The notes: generated from the letters alone by a model not told the origin. DNA of 44,346 nucleotides from PVC group bacterium (GCA_043804695.1 JAZDIV010000122.1:1-44346), one strand, 5' to 3'. Positions 34,224 through 44,303 are shown, counted from the stretch's first letter. Made by a program: numbers and translations.

Positions 34224-35705
34224 TCAGGGCTGAGTAATAATTCTGCTTTTCCCGTTCTGCCGGGCGGCGGCGGCGGCGATCCCCAGGGCGCCGAAGATGA
34301 AGTAAACCTCCGCGCCTCCGGCAAAGACGGCGGAGGCCGGACTTTCGATCAGGCTCTCGAGTAAGATCAATAATGTTCCCAGCAGGAAGGCCCTGACATA
34401 CGGATCATAGTCCTCCTTGACCCGGCGGTTGAGAGAAAAGAAGATTCGCATGATGATCCAGATATAAAACAGCAGACCCAGCACCCCTGTCTCCCCCAGG
34501 ACCGCCGGCCAGAAAGTGTCGGTCGCGAAGTAAGGCCGGTCCGGGGTCAGCCCGTAGACCTGGTCCATCCGGTATTCCCGGTAGCAGGGGCTGTACACGA
34601 AGGCGCTCATCCAGCTCCCGTATCTTCCCAAACCCACCCCGAGCGGGAAGTGGGCGCGGGCGATTTGAAAGCTTGCCACGTAAAGCACGTTTCTCGCCTC
34701 CTCCCGGGGGTGCCGGGCGGTGACATACCCTTCCACCAGGTCGGTGTATAGCATCTCGATCGTCGACCAGGTCAGAACGATAAAGAGAACGATGACCGCC
34801 CCCAGGATGAAACCGGCCCGGACTTTCTCGATCTTGGGCTGTTTCCAGATCCCGCAGACCAGCCCGGCGAAGATGCCGGCCAGATTGCGTCTTCGCATCG
34901 AGAGGAAGCTTCCCACGGTGAAGAGCGATCCCAGGACCAGATAGATAGCGCGGTTGAAGGTCAGGTAATAGGCAAAACCGTAGAGAGCGAGAAAGGCCAT
35001 GAACCAGCCGAAATCCCCCGGATGGGTGAAGATCGACAGGGTACTGGGAATCCCAAATCGAAACCCGACGTTGATCTCGTTCCCGGTCAGCGCCCGGAAC
35101 CAGTAGGGGTTGACCAGATCAATGATCCCGAGGGCGAATACCAGAATGCCGACGAAGGCGAAGAAGCGGACGTAACCGCGAAGGACCCGGGGGGTAACGG
35201 GAAGGTGGAGGACGACGTAAAACAGGACAAACCCCTTCAGGTAGAGAAAGGCCTGAACCCCCATGATCCAGGCGGGAACATGCCGGAGGAGGCCGGAGCA
35301 AACCCCCGCCAGCAAGAAACCGAGCAGGGGGATGCCGAGTTTCGTCCGGGCGAATGCGCTCCCGGACAGCTTCTGCCGAACCAGGAAGATGAGAAAAATC
35401 CAGAGGACGAAGACCTCATCCGCGTGACCGATCATCCTCCCGTAGAGGGGATTGATCCTGGCGGCATTTAACTGGAGCAGATTCTGGCAGATGGCAAAGC
35501 AGCCGAAAGCCATCATCAGCCGGTGCGGGAAGTGGAGGTAACAGTAGGCCGTGATCAGAAGACCGCAAAGCCCGAGCGCCGCCGCCAGGGCGGCGGCGCT
35601 CGAAATAGAGTAAGCAAGCGCGCTCAGGCCCGCGACGCTTCCTGCCAGCAGAAGGCCGGCCGGCCACCGGGAAACAAGAGCGGATTTTTTCAGATCGCCG
35701 TTCAT
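34224..35705 (-). CDS. Wzy/WaaL-like (O-antigen polymerase/ligase family) membrane protein
   Basis: About 11 TM segments, SIFTHP, FPLGVGLG, LGETGVLGL. Confidence 0.7.
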   Translation of the reverse strand: MNGDLKKSALVSRWPAGLLLAGSVAGLSALAYSISSAAALAAALGLCGLLITAYCYLHFPHRLMMAFGCFAICQNLLQLNAARINPLYGRMIGHADEVFVLWIFLIFLVRQKLSGSAFARTKLGIPLLGFLLAGVCSGLLRHVPAWIMGVQAFLYLKGFVLFYVVLHLPVTPRVLRGYVRFFAFVGILVFALGIIDLVNPYWFRALTGNEINVGFRFGIPSTLSIFTHPGDFGWFMAFLALYGFAYYLTFNRAIYLVLGSLFTVGSFLSMRRRNLAGIFAGLVCGIWKQPKIEKVRAGFILGAVIVLFIVLTWSTIEMLYTDLVEGYVTARHPREEARNVLYVASFQIARAHFPLGVGLGRYGSWMSAFVYSPCYREYRMDQVYGLTPDRPYFATDTFWPAVLGETGVLGLLFYIWIIMRIFFSLNRRVKEDYDPYVRAFLLGTLLILLESLIESPASAVFAGGAEVYFIFGALGIAAAAARQNGKSRIITQP

Positions 35706-35794
35706 GACCTTGCAAGGACTTAGCGCCTTCGGCGCTAACTATTTGTTTTGGCAATGTCCGGGAATTGAATGGATGGAGTGATTATCCCTACAGT

Positions 35795-35923
35795 GGATAT
35801 CAGGTTATCAGCGTATCAGTGGGAAGAATACCAGGATATCAGGTTATCAGGCGAGGCCGGCCCCCTTACCTGATCCTCTGATATCCTGGTATTCTTCCCA
35901 CTGGTCCCCTGATTCTCTGATCC
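35795..35923. repeat. Long hairpin built from 8-bp repeats (GGATATCA type) around GAGGCCGGCCC
   Basis: 26-bp perfect stem 35817-35842 / 35878-35903 plus degenerate outer units. Confidence 0.75.
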
Positions 35924-36067
35924 GCATCTATAGCTTTCATCCCACGGCCTAACCAATGATTATACTGCAAGTCGATCTTGATTTATTGCCCCGATTCATT
36001 TATTCAAAAGTATTGTTATCCCGACGGATGTCGGGACGGATGCCGGGAAAATCCCGAAGCGGTAAAA

Positions 36068-37411
36068 TTAGCCCGATTGCCGGGGAACCTTGCGCCAGAG
36101 ATAAACGAGGGACCCATAGTGAGTCAGGACGGTCGCTACGGCCAGCCCGTAAATTCCCCAGAACGGCATCAGGAGGAGATTGAAGCCGATCTTCAGGGAG
36201 AGGCGGAGCAGGCCGAGGTTGCGGATGATGGCGGTCTGCTTGTAGATGATGCAGACCCGGGTCATGACGAGGCTGAGCATGTCGGCCAGCAGGGTGACGC
36301 TCAGGATCAGGTAGACCCGGGAGAGGTTGAGTATGTTTTCGGCCCCGAAATCCGGCCGGCCGAAGGTCAGGGCAACGATCGGCCGCAGAAAGATGACCGC
36401 CGGAATCATGATCAGCAAAGAGACCGCGGTCACCAGCCGAAGGGCCTTTCGCATCGGCCGGACGAGATCCCGTGCCGGTTCTCCGTCTGTCGCTCCCTGA
36501 TCCCGGTAAACCCGTTCCGACCAGTGGGAGAGGATGGTGACCATCAGCCCGCCGCTCAAGAAGATGACCGGGATATTGTAGAGCCATTCCGCGTAAAAGA
36601 GGATGGAGATGGTTCCGGTGACGGCCAGCCAGGAGGCCATCACCTTGTCGATGACCTGGCTCAACCCGATCGCGCCCATCCCCAGAACCTGCTGCCCGGC
36701 GGTGGCGAAAAACTCCCCGGCCCGGCCCCCGCCGCCCCGGACGGGCCGCAAACCCACCCGGGCCACGGCGGAGAGGAGGAGAAGGAACAGCCCCAGCTCG
36801 CCCAGGAGATAGCCGACGGCCGCCGCGTAAATGCCCAGCTGGTTTTTCAGGAGAAAGGCCGCGGCCAGCATGACTCCGGCCCGGAGGGCGGGGGCAACGG
36901 CGGGAAGGGCGAACCGCCGGACCGCGTTCAAAGTTCCGGACAGGATGCTCGCGTCCAGGACCAGGACGACCAGGGGGGAGATCAGGATCAGGATCCTTCT
37001 GACCATCTTCAGTTCTTCCGCCGTGAAGCGGGTGATCAGCGGAAGCAGGGGAAGAAAGACGGCCAGGAGCAGTCCGGTCGCGGCAATCGCTCCCCCGGTG
37101 GTGAAACCGAGGATCCGCCCGAGGAACTCTCCGACGCTCTCCCCCCGGGCGACGGTTTCAACCACGAAGGGGACGATGGCGCTCTCAATCACCCGGCCGA
37201 TGATATTGGAGAACATGAAGACCGCCGTGAAGGAAAAGAAGAAGGCGTCGGTCCGGGAGTCGGCCCCGAACCAGGCGGCGATAAAGAGCGGGACAAGAAA
37301 ACCGGCCCCTTTGCCGAGGCTGGCCCAGAAGGTGGTGGTCAGGGTGTCAAGAACCAGCGGACGGCTTTTAACGACCTGCATCAGCGGAAGCTTCATCTTG
37401 AAATTCAGCAA
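36068..37411 (-). CDS. MurJ/MviN-like lipid-linked glycan flippase
   Basis: GF....IAAWFGA...TDAFF, D..MAS.L..G.IS.L.YA, GIYGLAVAT; shorter than canonical MurJ. Confidence 0.8.
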   Translation of the reverse strand: MLNFKMKLPLMQVVKSRPLVLDTLTTTFWASLGKGAGFLVPLFIAAWFGADSRTDAFFFSFTAVFMFSNIIGRVIESAIVPFVVETVARGESVGEFLGRILGFTTGGAIAATGLLLAVFLPLLPLITRFTAEELKMVRRILILISPLVVLVLDASILSGTLNAVRRFALPAVAPALRAGVMLAAAFLLKNQLGIYAAAVGYLLGELGLFLLLLSAVARVGLRPVRGGGGRAGEFFATAGQQVLGMGAIGLSQVIDKVMASWLAVTGTISILFYAEWLYNIPVIFLSGGLMVTILSHWSERVYRDQGATDGEPARDLVRPMRKALRLVTAVSLLIMIPAVIFLRPIVALTFGRPDFGAENILNLSRVYLILSVTLLADMLSLVMTRVCIIYKQTAIIRNLGLLRLSLKIGFNLLLMPFWGIYGLAVATVLTHYGSLVYLWRKVPRQSG

Positions 37412-37524
37412 CTTCAGCGCACTATTTTACTCGGCCGGGCCTCGGGGCCGGGATCGCCCGGGCGATCCGGCTCTATTATTCAGTTGTCGGGCCGGTGCCG
37501 GTAATAGTATATTTCGGAATTCGC

Positions 37525-38241
37525 ATGAAAAAAAATATTTCGATAATACTGCCGACCTATAACGAAAAAGACAATATTATTCCGTTAATCGCCGTCATTC
37601 AAAAAACGCTGGACGGACGGGGCGACCAGTACGAGATCGTGGTGGTCGACGACGACAGCCCTGACGGGACCGGACGCCTGGTCAGGGAGCGGTGGGGTCA
37701 AAACGGCCTCGTCCGCTGCGTCATCAGGAAGGGGGAACGGGGCCTGGCCACGGCGATCCGGCGGGGGATAACAGATTCCGCGGGCGACATCGTGGTCGTC
37801 ATGGATACCGATTTCAATCATCAGCCGGAAGCGCTCCCCCAGTTAATAGACTTTCAGAAGTATTACCCGATCGTCGTCGGTTCCCGCTTCATCTCCTACG
37901 GGGGGATGCGGGATTGGCGGCGGTATTACCTCAGCTTTTTCTACAACCTTTTCTTCATCCGGCCCCTTCTCAGAACCCACGTCCAGGACAACCTGTCCGG
38001 GCTCTTCTCCATCCGCCGGGACGCCCTTCGGGAGCTTCCCGGGGACGCGATCTTCCGGGGATACGGCGATTACTTTCTCCGGCTCCTTTATTTCGCGGCC
38101 CGGAAGAGATTCCGCGTTCTCGAGATACCCGTCTATTACGAACTGCGTACCTCCGGCGAGAGCAAGACCAGTTTTCTGCCGATTTTTTTCCTCTACACGA
38201 AAGCCGCCCTGGCTTTAAAATTTCATGCCCTCTTCGGCTAA
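37525..38241 (+). CDS. GT2 polyprenol-phosphate sugar synthase (Dpm1/GtrB-like)
   Basis: ILPTYNE, VVDDDSPDGT, MDTDFNH, VGSRF, R..GESK. Confidence 0.9.
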   Translation: MKKNISIILPTYNEKDNIIPLIAVIQKTLDGRGDQYEIVVVDDDSPDGTGRLVRERWGQNGLVRCVIRKGERGLATAIRRGITDSAGDIVVVMDTDFNHQPEALPQLIDFQKYYPIVVGSRFISYGGMRDWRRYYLSFFYNLFFIRPLLRTHVQDNLSGLFSIRRDALRELPGDAIFRGYGDYFLRLLYFAARKRFRVLEIPVYYELRTSGESKTSFLPIFFLYTKAALALKFHALFG

Positions 38242-38263
38242 TTGATTGTATCGAAATTTTATT

Positions 38264-38325
38264 AAACCGCTGATTAAGCGGATTAAACGGATTGTTTTTC
38301 TTTTAATCAGCATAATCCGCTAAAT
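38264..38325. repeat. ~60-bp repeat of CGGATTAAR 9-mers, copy 1
   Basis: Near-identical to 39637-39698; followed by hairpin AAATTAGCGCC-GGA-GGCGCTAATTT. Confidence 0.75.
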
Positions 38326-38349
38326 TAGCGCCGGAGGCGCTAATTTATA

Positions 38350-39447
38350 ATGAAAACGGTGCCCGTTTCCCAACCATCCCTCGGTCGGGAAGAACTGGAA
38401 CTGGTCAGCCGGGCGGTCCGGACCGGCTGGATCTCCTATCTGGGGGAGTATGTTCAGCGGTTCGAAGAAGGGTTCGCCGGATTCTGCGGGGTTAAATACG
38501 GCTGTTCAGTCTCCTCCGGGACCGCCGCCCTCCACCTGGCGCTCCTCGCCCTCGGGGTCGGCCCGGGCGACGAGGTGATCGTCCCGGCCCTTACCTTTGT
38601 CGCCACCGCCAATGTCGTGACCTTCACCGGCGCCCGGCCGGTTTTCGTCGATGTCCGGCCCGGGGACTTCGGCATCGATCCGGAGGGGATCGAGAAAGCG
38701 ATCACGGCCCGGACCCGGGCCGTGATCGCGGTCCATCTTTACGGCAACCCCTGCCCGATGGACCGGATCATGGAGATCGCCCGCCGCCATAAACTTTCGG
38801 TAATCGAGGACTGCGCGGAGGCTCACGGGGCAACCTACCGCGGGCGGAGGGTCGGCTCCTTCGGCGCGGCCGGGTGCTTCAGCTTCTTCGGCAACAAGAT
38901 CATGACCACCGGGGAGGGAGGGATGGTGGTGACCGACAGCGCCCATCTCCGTGACACGGTCAATGTCCTGAAGGATCACGGCAGCCGGGGTCGGCGCTAC
39001 CACCATCCGGTGATCGGATTCAACTACCGTCTTACCAATCTGCAGTGCGCCCTCGGCGTCGCCCAGCTCGGGAGAATCGATCAACTGCTGGCGGACCGGA
39101 GCCGGATCGCGGAAACCTACGGCCGCCATCTCCGGGACGTGCCCGGTCTCACGCTGCCGCGGGACCCGGAAGGGGCGAAGAGCGTCTGCTGGCTATACTC
39201 CGTTCTGGTGGGAAAAAGGTTCGGCTTGACCCGAGATCGGCTGGCGGCCCGGTTGGGGGAGAAGGGGATCGACAGCCGTCCCTTCTTTGTCCCGATCCAC
39301 CGGCTTGCCCCCTACCGGACTAAAGAGCGGTTCCCGGTGGCGGAGTCTCTCTCCCGCAAGGGCCTCAGCCTTCCCACCTTCAACTCGCTTGACGATAAAA
39401 CCATCCGTTATATCTGCCGGACGATCAAGGAGATTTCCGGGCGATGA
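38350..39447 (+). CDS. DegT/DnrJ/EryC1/StrS PLP-dependent sugar aminotransferase (perosamine synthase-like)
   Basis: SSGTAALHLAL, IEDCAEAHG, SFFGNKIMTTGEGG, GFNYRLTNLQ. Confidence 0.93.
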   Translation: MKTVPVSQPSLGREELELVSRAVRTGWISYLGEYVQRFEEGFAGFCGVKYGCSVSSGTAALHLALLALGVGPGDEVIVPALTFVATANVVTFTGARPVFVDVRPGDFGIDPEGIEKAITARTRAVIAVHLYGNPCPMDRIMEIARRHKLSVIEDCAEAHGATYRGRRVGSFGAAGCFSFFGNKIMTTGEGGMVVTDSAHLRDTVNVLKDHGSRGRRYHHPVIGFNYRLTNLQCALGVAQLGRIDQLLADRSRIAETYGRHLRDVPGLTLPRDPEGAKSVCWLYSVLVGKRFGLTRDRLAARLGEKGIDSRPFFVPIHRLAPYRTKERFPVAESLSRKGLSLPTFNSLDDKTIRYICRTIKEISGR

Positions 39448-39636
39448 GACCGGACGGAGCTAAGTTCCTGCTTCGGAATTTCTATAAATGAGTTGTGGAA
39501 GGGGTTTTTAACCCCGATTATCGGGCTTGGACCAGAAAAACTTCGTCTCGGGTCAAGAAAGCCCGCCCGCAGTTGCGGTGCTAACTTGCTGCTTCGGAAT
39601 TTTCAGCCTGAGGCTGATGCGCCTCTGGCGCACAAA

Positions 39637-39706
39637 AAACCGCGGATTAAACGGATTAAGCGGATTGTTTTTCTTTTAATCAGCATAATCCGCTAAATCC
39701 GCGGTT
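39637..39706. repeat. CGGATTAAR 9-mer repeat element, copy 2 (complete inverted ends)
   Basis: AACCGCGGATT...AATCCGCGGTT ends; direct repeat of 38264-38325. Confidence 0.75.
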
Positions 39707-39762
39707 AAATAAGTTGCCTGAGCGAAGCGAGGGCTAAGTTCCAGAGGCCGGCATAGTGTATC

Positions 39763-41634
39763 GTGAAGACAAGCATTAACTGGATATTAATCGGAATTAT
39801 TTTCCTGGGAGCGGCCCTCCGTTTCTACGGACTGGGGGAACAGTGCTATTTCCATGACGAGATCTTCGAACTCTACGTAGCCCAAAGGAGCATCCCCTAT
39901 ATCTTCAAAGCCATCGGCGCCGCGCCCGTCCATTCCCCCCTCAACCAGTTGATCAGCCACTGTTTCCTCCATCTCGGCCACAATGAATTCGTCCTCCGTC
40001 TCCCGGCCGCCATCTGGGGGGTCCTCGGAGTCTGGGTAGTCTATTTAGCCGGCGCTTGTTTCTTCAATCGAAGGGTCGGGCTTTTCAGCGCCTTCCTTCT
40101 GGCGATCTCTTCCTACCACATCCGCTACTCGCAGGAGGGCCGGATGTACGCGTTGCTGGTGCTGGCCGGCCTGCTCTCCCAGTACTTTTTCTGGCGCGGG
40201 CTCCAGGGTGACGACAGGCGCTCCTGGATCGGTTATGTTCTGGCCACTTCTCTGGCCCTTTATACCCATCTCTTCGCGGTCTTCATTCTCGCCTCTCAGG
40301 TCCTCTTTGTTTGTCTGCGGTATCTTCTGCTCCGTCGATCGCGCCCGGAAAAAGCCGGGGCCCGGTTCTTCTGGATCAGTCTTCTGGCAATTGTCGTTCT
40401 CTTTCTGCCCCGGCTGATCCCGGTGGCCGGGAACACATTCTCCCGGGAATCCTTCGTGGCGATGAACGTGGGGGCGCCTCCCGTCGCCCGCGGGCTTGCT
40501 TCCCGCGGCGTCGAACTGACCGACTTCACGACCATCCTGATTCTTTTCGGGGGAGGGGCGGGTTTTGCCTTCTATCTTTATTTCGTCTTCTTTGTGATCG
40601 GCGTGGAGGGATCTTTGAAGCGTTACGGGCCGGCGACTGCCTATCTTGTCCTGACCGCCGCCCTTCCCTTCCTGTCTTTCTTTGTATTAAAACCATCCCG
40701 GATCTTCGGGGCCCGTTACCTGCTGTTTCTGCTCCCGGTTTACTATCTGCTGGCCGCCGCCGGGGCGGATCGCCTCCGGGAAGTGAGGGATGCGCTCTGG
40801 AAAAGACGCCGGCCGGGGAAGAGCTTACGGGCGAGGGCGTACTACCTCTTCCTGGTACTGGTCTTCCTGGCTGCGAGCGTCCGTCCTCTCAAGATGTATT
40901 ATCGGGATTGGAGTTATCCGATCGGTGACCGCCTCAAATTCGACTGGCGGAAATTGAACTCCTTTCTGGAGAAACATGCCCAGCCCGGGGACGTCATCAT
41001 CCCTTCCGGCGGCATCTGGTACTACCACCTGGTCTATCTCCGCGAATACCTCAGCCCGCGGCTCCAGGAGAAACTGACCGTTGATAACCCCGAAAAACTC
41101 GCCCAGGCCGGGATCTGGTGGGTAGGGGGAGATCCGAACCAGCGGGATTATCCCCCCGGGATCAAACCGGTTGAATTTGATCCCGGCATCCCCGGACTGC
41201 CGGTCAGCTGCGGCCGGGGGCCGGCCAGTTTCACGGAGGAGACCTTCCCCGGCCTGGTCAAGATCCACGATCTCGACGCGATCGGGATCACCGGGAAGGT
41301 CTCCGTCCGGCCGGGACGAATTTTCTGGCTCTCGATCCGGCTCCGGGGGGTCGAACGCCATTACGAACGATATTCACCGTACCCGGGGATCTATTTTTAC
41401 GCCCCTCCCGGCGAGAAGGTCGCCGACTCCTACCCGGGGGTCCGGCTGGTCACCAACCGGGGGGACGGCTGGACGCAGGTGGTGCTGAACGGTATCACCC
41501 CCTCCAACGCGGCCAGCGCCCAGATTATCCTCCGGAAAGACGATCTCCATATCGGTGACGGGATCGAGGTGTCGGAACTCAGGTTTTTCGGCGATTGGGG
41601 GGAGCCGGGGAAAGCGGTGATCAGTGATCCGTAA
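39763..41634 (+). CDS. GT39/ArnT-like (GT-C) glycosyltransferase with C-terminal beta-rich soluble domain
   Basis: ALRFYGLG...DE, HSPL, RLPAA, YSQEGRMYAL, RYLL. Confidence 0.85.
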   Translation: MKTSINWILIGIIFLGAALRFYGLGEQCYFHDEIFELYVAQRSIPYIFKAIGAAPVHSPLNQLISHCFLHLGHNEFVLRLPAAIWGVLGVWVVYLAGACFFNRRVGLFSAFLLAISSYHIRYSQEGRMYALLVLAGLLSQYFFWRGLQGDDRRSWIGYVLATSLALYTHLFAVFILASQVLFVCLRYLLLRRSRPEKAGARFFWISLLAIVVLFLPRLIPVAGNTFSRESFVAMNVGAPPVARGLASRGVELTDFTTILILFGGGAGFAFYLYFVFFVIGVEGSLKRYGPATAYLVLTAALPFLSFFVLKPSRIFGARYLLFLLPVYYLLAAAGADRLREVRDALWKRRRPGKSLRARAYYLFLVLVFLAASVRPLKMYYRDWSYPIGDRLKFDWRKLNSFLEKHAQPGDVIIPSGGIWYYHLVYLREYLSPRLQEKLTVDNPEKLAQAGIWWVGGDPNQRDYPPGIKPVEFDPGIPGLPVSCGRGPASFTEETFPGLVKIHDLDAIGITGKVSVRPGRIFWLSIRLRGVERHYERYSPYPGIYFYAPPGEKVADSYPGVRLVTNRGDGWTQVVLNGITPSNAASAQIILRKDDLHIGDGIEVSELRFFGDWGEPGKAVISDP

Positions 41635-41700
41635 TCGGTGATCGGTAATCAGACGGCCGGACGGCGCCGGGAACCGCCCCGGATTATTATTTTCAGCAGC

Positions 41701-43344
41701 ATGACCTTATCGCTCAAGAGATTGATTCTCTTCCTGGTCCCGGTCTGCCTGGTTGCAGCCGGGGTCGTTCTGGCATCCCTTCCCTACCGCCCGCCCCTCC
41801 TTGACCGGGGAGGGCGGAACTTGAAAGAACGGCTTCTTGACCACGCTCTCTTTGTCTGGCACTACACCCGGGCCGCCTGGCGGGAAGGCATCGAAATAAA
41901 ACCAGCGGCGCTCGCCGACCGGGCGCGGGCCGTCTGGCATCATCCTGCCCTGAGCGAACGGTTCTTCGGGATTCCGGCGACCGATTTTCGTCAGCTGGCC
42001 CGGCTCTATGAGAGCCTCGGTCTCTTCGAAGAGGCCGCCGCGCTCATCGAGCACTCCTTCGAGCTCGGCGACACCTCTCCACCAGAGGCGCAAGCGGCAC
42101 TTTTAACCTGCGCGGGATTATCGGCCTGGGAGACGGTGGAGCGGATCGCTGGCCGGGCCTTGGCCCCCGATTTTCCGGAAGCCGGTTACTGGCTGGGGAG
42201 AGCGCTGATCGAACAGGGGCGTTTTAACCAGGCGGCCGCCGACCTCGTTCAAGTCGAAACCTCCCGGCCGGGTTTTGCCGACCTCTATTTTCAGATGGGA
42301 AGGGCGGCCCGGGGCCGGGGCAATAAGGCGGCGGCGGAGAATTATTATCGGCAAGCGGTCGAGCGCTCTCCTTCCCACCAGGAGGCCTGGAAGGCGCTGG
42401 CCGGAATCTGCCGGGAGGGGGATCGGGAACAGGAGGAGGCGGCGGCGGCCGCGGCGGCGCTTCTCCCCCCTCTTTCAGCCGGGGGGCGTTTTGAAAACGA
42501 ACTGGTCTTTCTGGGGAGCAGTTATATCCCTTCCCCGATCCGGGGCGGGGAAAAGTTTGACCTCACTCTCTACCTCCGGGCCCTCCCCGGGGAGGAAAGG
42601 GAGGTGTTTCCGCTGCTCAGGCTGCAAGGGCCCCGGTCGGCCAAGGCCGTCCCGCTGGGAGCTGTTTCCTTGCCGTCCTCGCCCGGGGAGGAGTATCTGG
42701 CCGTCCCGACGACGGCAGCGGTGCCGGAAGATATCTGGCCTGAGGAAACGGAAGTCCTGCTCGGATTCAGGGACAACTCGGGGAGGCCGATCCGGCTCTT
42801 CGGCTCGCGCGATGAGTTTATTCCCCTGGCCGGGACAGTTGTCCGGCCCCGGATCTTCCGGGATTTTTCCGGTGAAAAGCGGCTGAAAGAAGCATTCGGC
42901 CCGGGGGTGATCGATCTCGGAACGAGGACAATCCTCTCCGGCCGCTGTGATGTGGCAATCCGGCCGAGCAAGGACGTGGCGATAACGGCGGTCGGCCTGA
43001 TTACCTCGACGGCGGACACCGTGCCCCTTCCGGAAGGCACTGAGCTGGCCCGGGTGATCTGCCGGACCGCGGACGGGCTCCTCTATTCATCCCCCGTTCG
43101 CCTGGGGATAGAGACCGCCGACGCCAACCTGGAACGCTGGCCCTCCGTCGTGGCCCGGCATCCTCCGGCAGCCGTTTTCTCATCCTGGACCGCGGTGGCT
43201 AAAGGGCGGGAATTCACCGCCCGGGACTACCAATTCGTCTTGAAATTCGGCAGCCCGGTCCGGCTGGAGGAGATTGAACTGAATTATGACTACCCCGAGC
43301 GGGGAGCCTGGTTCGTCAAGCACCTCTTCCTGATCGCGGAATAA
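41701..43344 (+). CDS. Membrane-anchored tetratricopeptide-repeat protein
   Basis: N-terminal TM helix; TPR-like units (YWLGRALIEQGRFNQA, YFQMGRAA...AAENYYRQAV...P). Confidence 0.7.
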   Translation: MTLSLKRLILFLVPVCLVAAGVVLASLPYRPPLLDRGGRNLKERLLDHALFVWHYTRAAWREGIEIKPAALADRARAVWHHPALSERFFGIPATDFRQLARLYESLGLFEEAAALIEHSFELGDTSPPEAQAALLTCAGLSAWETVERIAGRALAPDFPEAGYWLGRALIEQGRFNQAAADLVQVETSRPGFADLYFQMGRAARGRGNKAAAENYYRQAVERSPSHQEAWKALAGICREGDREQEEAAAAAAALLPPLSAGGRFENELVFLGSSYIPSPIRGGEKFDLTLYLRALPGEEREVFPLLRLQGPRSAKAVPLGAVSLPSSPGEEYLAVPTTAAVPEDIWPEETEVLLGFRDNSGRPIRLFGSRDEFIPLAGTVVRPRIFRDFSGEKRLKEAFGPGVIDLGTRTILSGRCDVAIRPSKDVAITAVGLITSTADTVPLPEGTELARVICRTADGLLYSSPVRLGIETADANLERWPSVVARHPPAAVFSSWTAVAKGREFTARDYQFVLKFGSPVRLEEIELNYDYPERGAWFVKHLFLIAE

Positions 43345-43367
43345 TCCGCCGCGGGCGGCGCCCGTTG

Positions 43368-44303
43368 TCAGCCGTCCCGGCCGATCATGACGCCGGCGCG
43401 TTCCATCCGGGCCGGGCAGGGGGGGGTGAAGGCGGGCCGCCCGAGGGCGACCAGCGCGACCGGGGCGATGTAGGCGGGGATGGACATCGCCTCCGCGAAC
43501 CGGGCGTAGATCCGCCGGTTGGCCTGGCGGGAATTGATCAGGTCGTCCCCCAGGTGATTCCAGCAGGAGCCCAGCCCGCAGCGGTGGGCGACCAGGAGCA
43601 TCTGCGTGATCGCCGCTCCCGCGTCAATGTAGATCGAGCGTTCCTCCTTCCCCATCCCCCCGTATAAACGGGTGTCGATGCCCACGAAGATCAGGAGCGG
43701 AGCCCGGGTGCAATGTTCTTCCTTGAGCTTTTTTAACAATGCTTTTTCCCCCGCCTGGTGCAAAATTCGGAAGCGCCAGGTTTGCCGGTTGCAGGAGTTG
43801 GGCGCCCAGCGAGCCGCGTCGATCATGAGCAGGGCGATCCGCCGGAGCTCTGATATGGGAGGCTGCTGTTCAGCCCAAACGCGCACGCTCCGGCGGCTGC
43901 GGAGGAATTTTAAAAACATTTCTGCCGCCTCCGGATGAAATTCCGGCGGAGGCGCGCTTCGGGGCCGGATGAATCCCGCCTCCAGATCGGGGAAAGCGTT
44001 GTAGATGCCTCGGGACCAGGCCACGATTGAGCTGTCCCCGGCAGAACCGCGCTCTGACAGGATCCGGTAAATCTGCCCCAGCCGGTGGTGTCGTTTCTGA
44101 AAAACGGCCGGCTTGGTCTTTAACAGGTTATTGTAAAATGCTTTCTCAATCCGGTGGGATTCATAGCACATCAGGCTGAGCAACTGTTCGTTGCTCAGAC
44201 GGCACAGGTCCCGGTACGTGTCCGGAGAGATCGAGCGATTGAAGAGTAAGCGGGCGATCAGTGGAAAGCCCGGAAGACGCTTAACCAATGATTTGATGTT
44301 CAT
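43368..44303 (-). CDS. Nitroreductase-family protein with N-terminal extension
   Basis: RSRRSVR, APNSCNRQTW, DAG...MLL.AH..GLGSCW. Confidence 0.85.
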   Translation of the reverse strand: MNIKSLVKRLPGFPLIARLLFNRSISPDTYRDLCRLSNEQLLSLMCYESHRIEKAFYNNLLKTKPAVFQKRHHRLGQIYRILSERGSAGDSSIVAWSRGIYNAFPDLEAGFIRPRSAPPPEFHPEAAEMFLKFLRSRRSVRVWAEQQPPISELRRIALLMIDAARWAPNSCNRQTWRFRILHQAGEKALLKKLKEEHCTRAPLLIFVGIDTRLYGGMGKEERSIYIDAGAAITQMLLVAHRCGLGSCWNHLGDDLINSRQANRRIYARFAEAMSIPAYIAPVALVALGRPAFTPPCPARMERAGVMIGRDG

